In this document: piece by piece, positions 38,102-47,357 of the stretch
How positions within the stretch are numbered: the stretch's first letter is position 1
Layout of the letters: the number at the start of each line of letters is the position of its first letter
Source of the DNA: Chloroflexi bacterium 44-23
GTDB lineage: Bacteria; Chloroflexota; Anaerolineae; Anaerolineales; Anaerolineaceae
Length of the DNA stretch: 64,000 nucleotides
Direction of reading: 5' to 3'
NCBI GenBank assembly: GCA_001899005.1
Contig: MKUW01000026.1
Span: forward strand, 21,468-85,467
Notes under the pieces: generated by a model
What the model saw: the letters and a program-made list of their open reading frames with translations, nothing else
Database searches by the model: none
What the model was told of the DNA's origin: nothing
Made by a program: the position numbers and the translations under genes

Positions 38102-39513
38102 TTGGTCACTCCTAAAGTTTGATTCTTCTTTTGGATAAAGAGGAGACCGCCAAGGAAAATCCAGGCAAGAACACTTGCCCGGTAGCCATCCATCCCGATA
38201 TTGTATACAAAAGGGAGAAACCAATCGCCAAGGAATGCTGCCACCAGAGTACCGGCCAGACCAGCGATTGCAGAGACTACAAAAGCATTCTCAAAACAAT
38301 CCAGCGGCTTTTTAAGCAATGAAAACCCGACTTTTGCTATTTCAATCATCCACCAGAAAAAGACAATGATCCCAACGAGGCCGGTTTGAGCGATAATATC
38401 GATGTAATTATTATGTGAATTGAAACTGACTGAATATCCTAAAATATTATAATAAGGCGTATAAAAATAATAATTTGCTGGGCCAACGCCAAAAAGTGGG
38501 TTCTTAGCGATGATTTGAAAGAGTATTTTCCAGGCCTCCAGCCTTGTTGACATACTGTACTGATTATCACCTACAAAGATGTAATTATTGATGATTTGAG
38601 ACTGAACCAATAGAATGATGACAAACACCATCGCTGCAACAATGGCTGCTTTGGGTTTGGTCAACAGAAGAATGACAAAAAGAGCTGCAGCAACTGGCAG
38701 CCAGCCGGATACCCAGGATTGTTTGGTGATTGTCACAGTGAAAAAACCGGCCAGTGCAACAATCAGAAAGCTAATTTTTATAAAAGGCTTAAGATTTCTA
38801 TTAACCAAAAATTGGCCAAATGCAAGCGCGATTAACCATGTCCAAAAGAGGCTGTCCTGTACAGCTCGCTGAAAAATTAAATTCGCGTAGTGGCGTAATG
38901 GCGGTAGCATGAAGGCAAGGATGTATGCTCCCCCCAGAGCAATGAATACATAAACAGTTGTTTTAAACCAGCGAATATTCTGCATGCGGTGCGCGGCCAG
39001 AAGAAAGGCGGCAGCACTCATGGTAAGAATCAGTATCTGCCCTATTTGTGCGAAAAGGGACGCACCTTTCGATGCATACCAATCCAATTGCCCAAATCCA
39101 AACGCCACCAGGCAGACTACGATGAATGCCAGAGCAGCGTAAACACTGCGCTGGGGCAGGATTGCTAGCTGCCGGTCTACAATCGCCATTTTCACCAACC
39201 ATGCCGCAACGAGAAGCATAACCAGAAGTAAGGCACTATTAATTCGGGTTTGGGTGCCGGTGGAAATCGAAAGAGGGATTAGGAGGCTGGCGATAATTAC
39301 CAGTGGAAATGCAATACCTGAATGGCGAATAAAAAAAAGCAGTGCAACTACAGTGAGAATTGCTCCGGCAATTAAAATACCCGCCAAGGATTTGCGTGCG
39401 ATCAATTGAGCCAAAATAACAGCTCCCAGAAATATTAATCCAACGGCTAGTTTCTTTGTCCAATCGGGAGAACCGGCCAGACGGTTCTGAATCTCTGCCT
39501 TACTGTTTTTCAT
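38098..39513 (-). CDS. O-antigen ligase/polymerase family membrane protein (Wzy_C domain)
   Basis: 471 aa with at least 10 TM helices. Signature loop FNSHNNYIDIIAQTGLVG is typical of the Wzy_C/O-antigen ligase family. Confidence 0.7.
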   Translation of the reverse strand: MKNSKAEIQNRLAGSPDWTKKLAVGLIFLGAVILAQLIARKSLAGILIAGAILTVVALLFFIRHSGIAFPLVIIASLLIPLSISTGTQTRINSALLLVMLLVAAWLVKMAIVDRQLAILPQRSVYAALAFIVVCLVAFGFGQLDWYASKGASLFAQIGQILILTMSAAAFLLAAHRMQNIRWFKTTVYVFIALGGAYILAFMLPPLRHYANLIFQRAVQDSLFWTWLIALAFGQFLVNRNLKPFIKISFLIVALAGFFTVTITKQSWVSGWLPVAAALFVILLLTKPKAAIVAAMVFVIILLVQSQIINNYIFVGDNQYSMSTRLEAWKILFQIIAKNPLFGVGPANYYFYTPYYNILGYSVSFNSHNNYIDIIAQTGLVGIIVFFWWMIEIAKVGFSLLKKPLDCFENAFVVSAIAGLAGTLVAAFLGDWFLPFVYNIGMDGYRASVLAWIFLGGLLFIQKKNQTLGVTN

Positions 39514-40724
39514 TTTAAACTCACCGTTAATTCTGATTGTAGACTCTTCATTGCTGTTGCAAAATTATGCTCTATGATTTTCCAGTCGTATTTTGTAGTG
39601 ATAGTGTGATTTGCTTTTTCCACCAGCGAAGCGGTTAGGGTCAGATTGTTCAATAACTTGATAATACCTTTTGCAAAGAGGGTGGCGGAATCTGCAACCC
39701 AAATCTCATTTCCATGCGTTAGCTCCAATCCCTCCGCCCCTTTGCTGGTTGAGATGACCGCTGTTCCCAGTCCCATTGCTTCCAGGATTTTCAAGCGGGT
39801 TCCGGCACCCTGGCGCAGAGGCACAACACACAATTGACTTTCAGAAATTATTGGACGGATATCATCCACATACCCGGTTATGGTAACCTGTTCATTTATT
39901 GCCAGTTTTCCAAGATTTACTCCCTTAGTTGATCCTGTGATTAGCAAATGTACATCAGGGATTTCACTCAAAACCAGAGGAAATACTTGTTCCAAAAAAT
40001 ACTGCATGGCATCATAATTAGGTTGGTAGGTCAGCGCACCATTGTAAATCAATTGTCGAGGCTTTTTTATGGTGCCTGCTGGGCGATGCGTCTCACAGTC
40101 TACGCCATTGGGTACAATCAGAATTTGATCCTGAGCGATGTGTGTATATGTTTGCACCCTGCCTTTGTCCAGTTCAGAGACGACCATGCATTTGTCAAAT
40201 GGTTTGTAAATATTGTTTTCATAGTGCTTAAATTTTAAATAGGACAGCTTTCGGCGAAGTTTTTGGATATAACCGCGGGCAAAGCTAATCTCTTCGTACA
40301 ACATCAATGTCAATAGATTATCCATATCAACTACACGGATAACATGCGGGATCTTGAGAGCATATGGTGCAGTTACAAAGGTGAATGCCAGCACTGCGTC
40401 AGGATGCCATTCTCGGGCTGATTTAAGTACCAATTTCTCCATTTTTCGGTTGTAACCGGCAACGACAGCTGCCGGTTTGATAGAAAAAAGACCGAGAAAA
40501 GTACGCCAGCGTGTATAGTGAAACGGTTTTTCCGGCAGGATTTTTATCCAGCTGGTAATCTTTTGTAATTTTTCAAGCCAATCTTTTTGAATGGGCTGAT
40601 CTTCGAAAGATATTAACGCAAGTTCATGTTCGCCAGCCAATGCGCGAATCAAATGATAGGCACGAATTCGGCTGCCCTGATCAAGGGGATATGGAAACCA
40701 GGTAGAAAGGATTAAGATCTTCAA
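39510..40724 (-). CDS. Family 4 (GT-B) glycosyltransferase
   Basis: 404 aa. PLRQGAGTRLKILEAMGLGTAVIST E-x7-E region. 4-nt overlap with the downstream gene. Confidence 0.8.
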   Translation of the reverse strand: MKILILSTWFPYPLDQGSRIRAYHLIRALAGEHELALISFEDQPIQKDWLEKLQKITSWIKILPEKPFHYTRWRTFLGLFSIKPAAVVAGYNRKMEKLVLKSAREWHPDAVLAFTFVTAPYALKIPHVIRVVDMDNLLTLMLYEEISFARGYIQKLRRKLSYLKFKHYENNIYKPFDKCMVVSELDKGRVQTYTHIAQDQILIVPNGVDCETHRPAGTIKKPRQLIYNGALTYQPNYDAMQYFLEQVFPLVLSEIPDVHLLITGSTKGVNLGKLAINEQVTITGYVDDIRPIISESQLCVVPLRQGAGTRLKILEAMGLGTAVISTSKGAEGLELTHGNEIWVADSATLFAKGIIKLLNNLTLTASLVEKANHTITTKYDWKIIEHNFATAMKSLQSELTVSLK

Positions 40725-40727
40725 TGA

Positions 40728-41486
40728 TCACTCACTAAAGAAACTTTCCCAGCGAGAGCCCGAAAAATACTTTTTCAACTCAGAATAATTGCTGATGGAT
40801 TCAGCCAGGGTGAGCCGGGATTGTTTATATGTCTGTGGAGCCAATGCTTGAATCTCAAGTCCGAGAAAATCCTGAATATTTTCCATGATTTTATGTGTAT
40901 TTGCGACCAAATTTTCGTAGCTGATTGACATGATTGGGTGGTCTTTAAATCGTGCGTCTGCATCTTCTTCCCAGCGAGCTGTGGTTTCAAAATCTTCCTG
41001 ACACTTTTGAGCGTCGATAAAAACAGGTGACTGTTTTTCTTTTTCGCCTGTGATATTCACCCAGCGATTGTTTTGATCAGCTTGAATCCGTGAGACATGC
41101 GTGGCAAGCATGTTGTCACGTTTAATGTGGAGAATATGAATGGCCTTATCTTTGGTAACATAGTCCCATATCTGCTGGTAAGGGGGATTACTGGCATGAT
41201 AATAAAAAAGCTTGAACCCGACCGCAGCGATTTCAGGGCGAAATTTGCGAAATACATATTTATCAAGGAAACTGATTGGGTCTGATTGGTAGGTAGCTAA
41301 CACCCGGCTTGTGGCAGAATATTGAGGTGAATCAAATTCGATTCGATCGGTTTCACGAAATATTTCTCCTAAACTGATCACCTGTGGGTGATTCTTAAGG
41401 AACCCCCTTAAGAAATTGGAACCCGTGCGTGAACGTCCAAGGATTATGAAGCGTGTTTAGTCCTTACTCCCTTTCAACAAACCCAT
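40728..41486 (-). pseudogene. Sulfotransferase interrupted by an in-frame TAA after codon 9
   Basis: Minus-strand reading from ATG 41486 gives MGLLKGSKD-TAA(41459..41457)-TRFIILGRSRTGSNFLRGFL..., running in frame into ORF 40728..41381. GRSRTGSN is the PAPS 5'-phosphosulfate loop. IKRDNMLATHVS is the 3'-phosphate motif. There is no ATG/GTG/TTG between the stop and the P-loop. Confidence 0.6.
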
Positions 41487-41572
41487 TTTTATCGCCAATG
41501 CTTCCGCTTGCGGATTTTTCAATGTTAACCATCCTCTAATGTGCATTTTCTTCATGAGAAGCTGACCGACCC

Positions 41573-42487
41573 TCAAGGGGATGTTTGAGATCGTTGACCC
41601 CAGTTTTGCAACCTGAAATCCCGTATTCCCTGCCACATGGCGTCACGGTTGGCTCGTTTATGACGCCATTTTGGTCTAAGACTCCATGATAATAATATCC
41701 GTATAAAATACAACCAGGTGAAGAACCATACCCGTAAAGGTGCATTGTGAATTTTATTAAATAAGAGGCGGTTGCGGGTGGCATAATATGTAACATTTGC
41801 ACCTGGTTGGTAATCCCTTTGAACACCTTTATGCCATATTTTTGCCCGGGGAATCATCCAAACACTCCAACCCATTTTTGAAACCCGGTAACACCACTCG
41901 GTTTCTTCCCAATAATAAAAGAAGCGTTCATCCAACCCACCTGCCTGTTCGAGTGCTTCACGGCGAATACCAATCGCACATCCATGAATCCAGTCTACTT
42001 CGAATGGTGAGGTAAATTGTGCATGATCGTTTTCGTTTTGGGCCTGATGGTATGCTTTCCAATGGCGATCAAATAATCCACCTGCAGATTGAATCACCTG
42101 TGGTTCGTCGTAATGGTAAACAAGTGGACCGATAATTCCGACCTGATCGTTTTTCTCGACTGAATCCATCATTATTCTTAACGCATCCGGTGCGAAAATT
42201 GTGTCTTCGTTCAAAACAAAAATCCAGTCGGGGTCAAACTTTTTGACGAAATTCAAGCCGACATTATTGTTGCCGGCGTACCCTTGATTTTCTTGAATTG
42301 CCAGAACGTGAACATTTGGAAATGCCGATTGAATAGCTTCCACAGACCCATCCCTGGAGTGGTTATCAAGCACCACAATTTCCAGCTCAGGGTAATGATT
42401 TTCCTCTAATGAGGTCAGACATTCCAGAGTGTCAATTTTCCGGTTGGTATTAAGTATGATTGCAGCGATTTTTTGCGGAGAGGTCAT
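41573..42487 (-). CDS. Family 2 glycosyltransferase (rhamnosyltransferase-like)
   Basis: IAAIILNTNRKIDTLECLTSL...VVLDNHSRDGS and a DxD-like NED. 304 aa. Confidence 0.8.
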   Translation of the reverse strand: MTSPQKIAAIILNTNRKIDTLECLTSLEENHYPELEIVVLDNHSRDGSVEAIQSAFPNVHVLAIQENQGYAGNNNVGLNFVKKFDPDWIFVLNEDTIFAPDALRIMMDSVEKNDQVGIIGPLVYHYDEPQVIQSAGGLFDRHWKAYHQAQNENDHAQFTSPFEVDWIHGCAIGIRREALEQAGGLDERFFYYWEETEWCYRVSKMGWSVWMIPRAKIWHKGVQRDYQPGANVTYYATRNRLLFNKIHNAPLRVWFFTWLYFIRILLSWSLRPKWRHKRANRDAMWQGIRDFRLQNWGQRSQTSP

Positions 42488-42498
42488 GAAACCTAAAC

Positions 42499-43500
42499 TT
42501 ACTTATCCAGCCATGCTTTTGGAAAATTTTTATGGACTTCGATATTCTCGAATTTACTGCTTTCGCGGACACCATGCTTTTTAACCCAGGCTGCCATTTT
42601 CTCCAAGCCTTCATCAAGAGTGTGTTTTGGCCGACTGCCAAAAATCTTATTAATTTTCGCGTGTGAAGAATATGCATCAATCACTTCATTACGGGCTGGT
42701 AGATGACGGATATCAGCCCTGGTACCCATTGCATTTGCCACCGCTCCGGCGAGTTGGTTGATGCTGTAAGGTTGATCCGCACCGATATTGAAAATCTGGT
42801 TGAAAGCTGAGGGTGAATCGATGGCTTCTGCCATAATGGGTGCCATATCACCGATAAAGCTGAACGCACGGGTTTGCTCGCCATCACCAAATACACTCAT
42901 AGGTTGATTCTGCAAGATCTGGTTCATGAAGATGCCAACAACATTGCGATATTTATCGCCGATATTCTGGCGTTCTCCAAATACATTATGAGGTCTGAAG
43001 ATTATGTAATCAAGCCCGAACATTTCTTTGCAAGCTCTCAGTTCCTGCTCGATGGCCAGCTTGGCAATACCGTAAGAATCTTCCGGGTGGGGGAGGGTTT
43101 CTTCTGTCATTGGCAGCTCAGGACTGGTGCCATACACTGCAATTGAGGATGTAAAGACAAAGCACTTTACATTTTGGTTAATAGACGCGTTGATCAAATT
43201 AATACTGCCGATTAAATTATTTTCATAATTAAATCGCTTAATAAAATGACTTAATCCTTCAGCTGCGTACGCCGCCAAATGGTAAACAAAATCAAACTGT
43301 TTATCGGCGAACAATTGATTTACCAAATGTACATCATTAATCGACCCTTGAATAAAATCGGCTCTTGGATTCACGTTTTCAATAAAGCCGCCACTTAAAT
43401 CGTCCAAAACCGTGACTTCCAATCCACGATTCAATAATGCATCGCTAATATGTGAACCAATGAATCCGGCCCCACCTGTAACCAGAGCTTTTCTAAGCAT
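42499..43500 (-). CDS. NAD-dependent nucleotide-sugar epimerase/dehydratase (extended SDR)
   Basis: VTGGAGFIGSH Rossmann loop, TSSIAVYG, catalytic YGIAKL (YxxxK). 333 aa. Confidence 0.8.
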   Translation of the reverse strand: MLRKALVTGGAGFIGSHISDALLNRGLEVTVLDDLSGGFIENVNPRADFIQGSINDVHLVNQLFADKQFDFVYHLAAYAAEGLSHFIKRFNYENNLIGSINLINASINQNVKCFVFTSSIAVYGTSPELPMTEETLPHPEDSYGIAKLAIEQELRACKEMFGLDYIIFRPHNVFGERQNIGDKYRNVVGIFMNQILQNQPMSVFGDGEQTRAFSFIGDMAPIMAEAIDSPSAFNQIFNIGADQPYSINQLAGAVANAMGTRADIRHLPARNEVIDAYSSHAKINKIFGSRPKHTLDEGLEKMAAWVKKHGVRESSKFENIEVHKNFPKAWLDK

Positions 43501-43521
43501 ATGTGTTCCTAATTTCCTTTC

Positions 43522-44628
43522 TTAGCCAAAAATATACACATAAAAACGATTCAGGGCAGTTCTTTTTACAATCTCCATTAAAATTAATGGACCCAAAATG
43601 GCTGCCGCGACCAGAATTGGCTGAAAAACAATCTGGTATTGGAAAATGAAGGGCGCGATTTGATAAATGACCTTAGCCGTAACGGTTATGAATAAGGTGT
43701 GGGTTAAGTAAATTCCAAAAGATTTACTCCCAAGAACATTTAACCATTTTTGGCGTGAAATTGTATTCATGTTAAAGCCAATGAATGAAAGAATCAGCAA
43801 GATTGAATAAATATTGTCAATAAAAGTCTCACGAGAAGCTATCCAATCTTGACCGGAAGCAGCCAAGAGACTTTCCCACTCCCACATGCCGATCGGAATT
43901 AAGACAATCGTAAGCGCTAAGAATACCCATCTCCTTTTGGTTAAGAATCCGGCAATATTTTTATAATAAAAACCAATTGAAATTCCAAGCACCAGCCAAA
44001 AAAGGTTGCCGGGAAAAAACCAGGAAGGCAGCAATAAATTTACGATCTCGCTGCCCGGATAAACCAATCCAAGTATGCTGGCATACTGTCCCATGCGAAT
44101 AAACAACATCAATAAAAAAGAAAGGAATAATAAAAGCAGTGGCTTTTTTCGTGAAGCACGCGTCAAGAAAGGAGCAAGCAGATATAACTGTACCAGAAGC
44201 GGGATAAAATAAAAGGCTGCTACAGCTTTCCCTGTCAGGAAAATCGTTAAGAGCTCTAGTATCTGGTAATTTTGCCCAAAAAGAATGTTCATGAGCACCA
44301 TCAAGAGTGACCATAACAAATACGGGATGGCAAGGAATTTTATCCTTGTGAAGATCCAGCTCCATTTTGGGGCAGATTCTTTCCCTGTAGCAAACGTGAT
44401 GAAGTATCCGGACACAAAAAGAAATACCGGAATGGCGAAAATGATAATTTGTTCAACAAAACGCAATCCATAATACGAAAATGAACCCAATTGGTCAAAG
44501 TTGGGAACCTGAACAAGGCGATACCTATCGGTCCACCAGAACATGGAAATAAATCCCCAGCCGGCTGCATGATACAGGACAGCTCCTAGGATAGCCATCC
44601 CATTGATCGCTAACAGTTTTTTGATCAT
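43522..44628 (-). CDS. Acyltransferase 3 family membrane O-acyltransferase
   Basis: 368 aa, about 10 TM helices. N-terminal INGMAILGAVLYHAAGW with the conserved His. Tandem paralogue of 44650..45756. Confidence 0.75.
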   Translation of the reverse strand: MIKKLLAINGMAILGAVLYHAAGWGFISMFWWTDRYRLVQVPNFDQLGSFSYYGLRFVEQIIIFAIPVFLFVSGYFITFATGKESAPKWSWIFTRIKFLAIPYLLWSLLMVLMNILFGQNYQILELLTIFLTGKAVAAFYFIPLLVQLYLLAPFLTRASRKKPLLLLFLSFLLMLFIRMGQYASILGLVYPGSEIVNLLLPSWFFPGNLFWLVLGISIGFYYKNIAGFLTKRRWVFLALTIVLIPIGMWEWESLLAASGQDWIASRETFIDNIYSILLILSFIGFNMNTISRQKWLNVLGSKSFGIYLTHTLFITVTAKVIYQIAPFIFQYQIVFQPILVAAAILGPLILMEIVKRTALNRFYVYIFG

Positions 44629-44649
44629 TTTCTCTTTTGAAGGATATGC

Positions 44650-45756
44650 TTAACCAAACACATATCCATAGACCCTTTTAAGTGGAGAAGGCTTAACGAG
44701 TTTCATCAGCAGCAGAGGAATAAATAAACCTGTCACTGCCATGATAATTGTAAATAAAATTGTCATGGAAAGGAGCTGTGGCATAAAATGGTAAATTAAA
44801 CGGGCTGTAAGCTCCATAACAGGAACATGGGCCAGATAAATCCCAAAAGATTGAGTACCAACTTTTTCTACCCAGTTTTTTTGAGGAAGATTCCCATTCA
44901 AACTCAAGATCCAAAAAAGTATGGCAATTGCGTAAAAGGCGTTGAAAACCGTCTCTCTAGTTCCTAACCAATCCGCACCGACAAGGTGCAGGAGGATTTC
45001 TTTTTCAACAAGCGAGATTGAAAGAAAACCAATCGCTAGCACAAACCAAAGCTTTCTTTTGCTAAGACAAAAGCTCTGGAATGCTTCGCGATTCACATAA
45101 ATGACTATTCCAAGACAAAACCAGAAAAGACGGGCAATGAAAAGCCATTTTGGAATTGCGCGCACAAATAGCACAATGGCAGCATCTTTTGGAAAGAATA
45201 TAATCATATAGGGAATCAGATCAATACCCAATTGTAGAAGCCCGGTGAAAAGCAACAATAACTTCCAGTTTTTCCTGGCAAATTCAATCAAGAGCGGTGA
45301 GAGCAGATATAGCTGGATTAATAAAATCACAAAGTAATATGCAGGTGTTATCGAACCCGTCAGGTAAAAGACCAAAATCTCCAAAGGGCTGGAGCTTTTT
45401 CCCTGCATGAGATTAAATATGAGATAGATGGTGGTCCAAAGTAAATAAGGGATTAGAAGGAACTTGGTTCGGTTGATAATTGATTTCCACTGCATGCGAG
45501 CAGGTTGATTTGAAGATTTAAAGGCCACAAAATAACCGGAAACAAATAAAAATGCAGGAATGCTGAAAATTGCTATTTGTTCAATCACGCGCAAGAAATA
45601 ATACTGCGGGGAACCGATTTGAGAGATTGATGTGCCTCCCTGCGTTAAGTATTGATTTGACCATGCAAACATGGCGGTCTGACCCCAGCCGCCGGCATGA
45701 AAAACGATCACGGCAAGGATTGCCAGTCCGTTCAGATAAAGGAAACGCTTAATCAT
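44650..45756 (-). CDS. Acyltransferase 3 family membrane O-acyltransferase
   Basis: 368 aa, about 10 TM helices. LNGLAILAVIVFHAGGW. The start overlaps the stop of the halogenase-like gene by 8 nt. Confidence 0.75.
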   Translation of the reverse strand: MIKRFLYLNGLAILAVIVFHAGGWGQTAMFAWSNQYLTQGGTSISQIGSPQYYFLRVIEQIAIFSIPAFLFVSGYFVAFKSSNQPARMQWKSIINRTKFLLIPYLLWTTIYLIFNLMQGKSSSPLEILVFYLTGSITPAYYFVILLIQLYLLSPLLIEFARKNWKLLLLFTGLLQLGIDLIPYMIIFFPKDAAIVLFVRAIPKWLFIARLFWFCLGIVIYVNREAFQSFCLSKRKLWFVLAIGFLSISLVEKEILLHLVGADWLGTRETVFNAFYAIAILFWILSLNGNLPQKNWVEKVGTQSFGIYLAHVPVMELTARLIYHFMPQLLSMTILFTIIMAVTGLFIPLLLMKLVKPSPLKRVYGYVFG

Positions 45757-47071
45757 TCCCGCTTGAAACTTGGGCTAAAGATTCAGCCAATATGGTCTCT
45801 GGTATTTCATCTATTGGAATATTGGTGAGTTGAGCTCGGAAAATATGATTTTCTTTTTTCTCAACTGCTTCAATATACCGGCGCATAGCATCGAGGACTT
45901 CTACTTCTGAACGATCAAATACGTCGCCTTGTAATAAGCGATGAATTTCAATGCCATATTTTTTTGATTGGATAAAATGGGTGAACAATGGTAACAACTT
46001 GTAGTATAAGCGGATGAATTCATACCAGATAACAGTCCCAGATTTTAATTTGGTCTGGTAAGGTATGAACATTTCTTTGCTGAAATCTCCGACCTTCAAA
46101 GCGTTCTCGATAACATCAGCAGCAAAACGGCCGCTATACAAAGCGATGCTGACTCCTGAGGAGAATATGGGATCTACAAATCGAGCAGCATCACCAACCA
46201 ATAGAAAGCCATCACCAACAAACTGATCCATGCTGTAACTGTAATCCCCTTCAGTTTTGAACTCATTGATTTGGTGTGCATTTGCCAAAGCTTTGGAAAG
46301 AGCGACATTACTATTGACATATGTATCGAAATAGGATGACATATCCCCTTTAAATTTTCGGAATACTTCACGTTCAACGACAATTCCAACCGAGGTAATT
46401 TCAGGTGTGATTGGTATCTGCCAGGCCCAACCGCGTTCCACCGGCAAAAAATAGATGTGGATGTAATCCTCAGTTTCCTCAATATCGCCACGATGGACAT
46501 TTTCAAACCAGGCATGCACTGCATATTGATTGAAAATAGGGTCATTCTTCTTCATGTTAAGGTGCCGGCCGAGAATGGTGCTGCGTCCGCTGGCATCGAC
46601 TATGATCTTGGCATGCAAATCTACTTCCTGATCACCCAATTGAGCTCGCACCCCGACAGCCTGGTTTCCTTGGAAAAGAACCTGTTTAACATTGACTCCT
46701 TGAACTACCTGCGAACCCAGCTTTTGAGCGTTCTTGAGCAATAACAGGTCAAGTTTGCTACGATCCACATGATAGGTATAATCTTGATGGATATCCTCTC
46801 TTACAAGATCGCGAAAATGAATTGCGAATTCCCTGCCACCAGGTTCATGCCAGGAAGCCCCCCCTTTGTGTACGAATTTTTCCTTTTCCATAATAGGCAG
46901 CATTCCCAGCTCTTCAAATACCAGCGATGAGGAAGTCACCATCGATTCACCAACGTGCGGACGAGGGTGAATGTCTTTTTCAATAATCATATTGCTGATA
47001 CCTTTCATTGAAAGGTAACTGCCAATCGAAGACCCAGCCGGTCCGCCACCAATAATAATTACGTCAACCAT
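45749..47071 (-). CDS. Flavin-dependent halogenase-like FAD enzyme (PltA/CndH-type candidate)
   Basis: 440 aa. IIIGGGPAGS (GxGxxG), HVGESM, Lys69 in HKGGASW, GWAWQIP (WxWxIP signature), VDASGRS, GDAARFVDPIFSSGVSIA. Confidence 0.6.
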   Translation of the reverse strand: MVDVIIIGGGPAGSSIGSYLSMKGISNMIIEKDIHPRPHVGESMVTSSSLVFEELGMLPIMEKEKFVHKGGASWHEPGGREFAIHFRDLVREDIHQDYTYHVDRSKLDLLLLKNAQKLGSQVVQGVNVKQVLFQGNQAVGVRAQLGDQEVDLHAKIIVDASGRSTILGRHLNMKKNDPIFNQYAVHAWFENVHRGDIEETEDYIHIYFLPVERGWAWQIPITPEITSVGIVVEREVFRKFKGDMSSYFDTYVNSNVALSKALANAHQINEFKTEGDYSYSMDQFVGDGFLLVGDAARFVDPIFSSGVSIALYSGRFAADVIENALKVGDFSKEMFIPYQTKLKSGTVIWYEFIRLYYKLLPLFTHFIQSKKYGIEIHRLLQGDVFDRSEVEVLDAMRRYIEAVEKKENHIFRAQLTNIPIDEIPETILAESLAQVSSGND

Positions 47072-47096
47072 TTTTGCTCCTGTAAAAAGAAAATAA

Positions 47097-47333
47097 TTAT
47101 TTAGCGCTTAGAAAATTATTTAACGAAGCAATACTTTGAAAGTTTTCAAGGACAACGTCCTCATCGTCAACCTGGATATTGAACTTTTCTTCAATGAAGC
47201 TGACCAACTGAAGAATCCCCAATGAGTCGATGATACCTTCACTCAACAAATCATCATCCGGCTTAATATTTGATTTTCTCCCCTTTGCCAACTCACTTTC
47301 AACAAAATTAGTTAATTCCTTTGTGCGATCCAT
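47097..47333 (-). CDS. Acyl/peptidyl carrier protein (DltC-like)
   Basis: 78 aa. Phosphopantetheine attachment motif EGIIDSLGILQLV. Acidic four-helix-bundle-sized protein. Confidence 0.75.
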   Translation of the reverse strand: MDRTKELTNFVESELAKGRKSNIKPDDDLLSEGIIDSLGILQLVSFIEEKFNIQVDDEDVVLENFQSIASLNNFLSAK

Positions 47334-47357
47334 TCATGCCTCCGCTTAAAATACTTT

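Noticed and set aside
41536-41826. 96-aa ORF overlapping the 3' end of the GT2 gene in another frame
   Set aside because: It lies mostly inside a well-supported GT2 coding region on the same strand, in a shifted frame, and has no recognisable motifs. The many 60-130-aa antisense or shifted ORFs in the track (for example 10948..11346, 28689..29102, 43961..44365 and 51004..51390) were discarded for the same reason.
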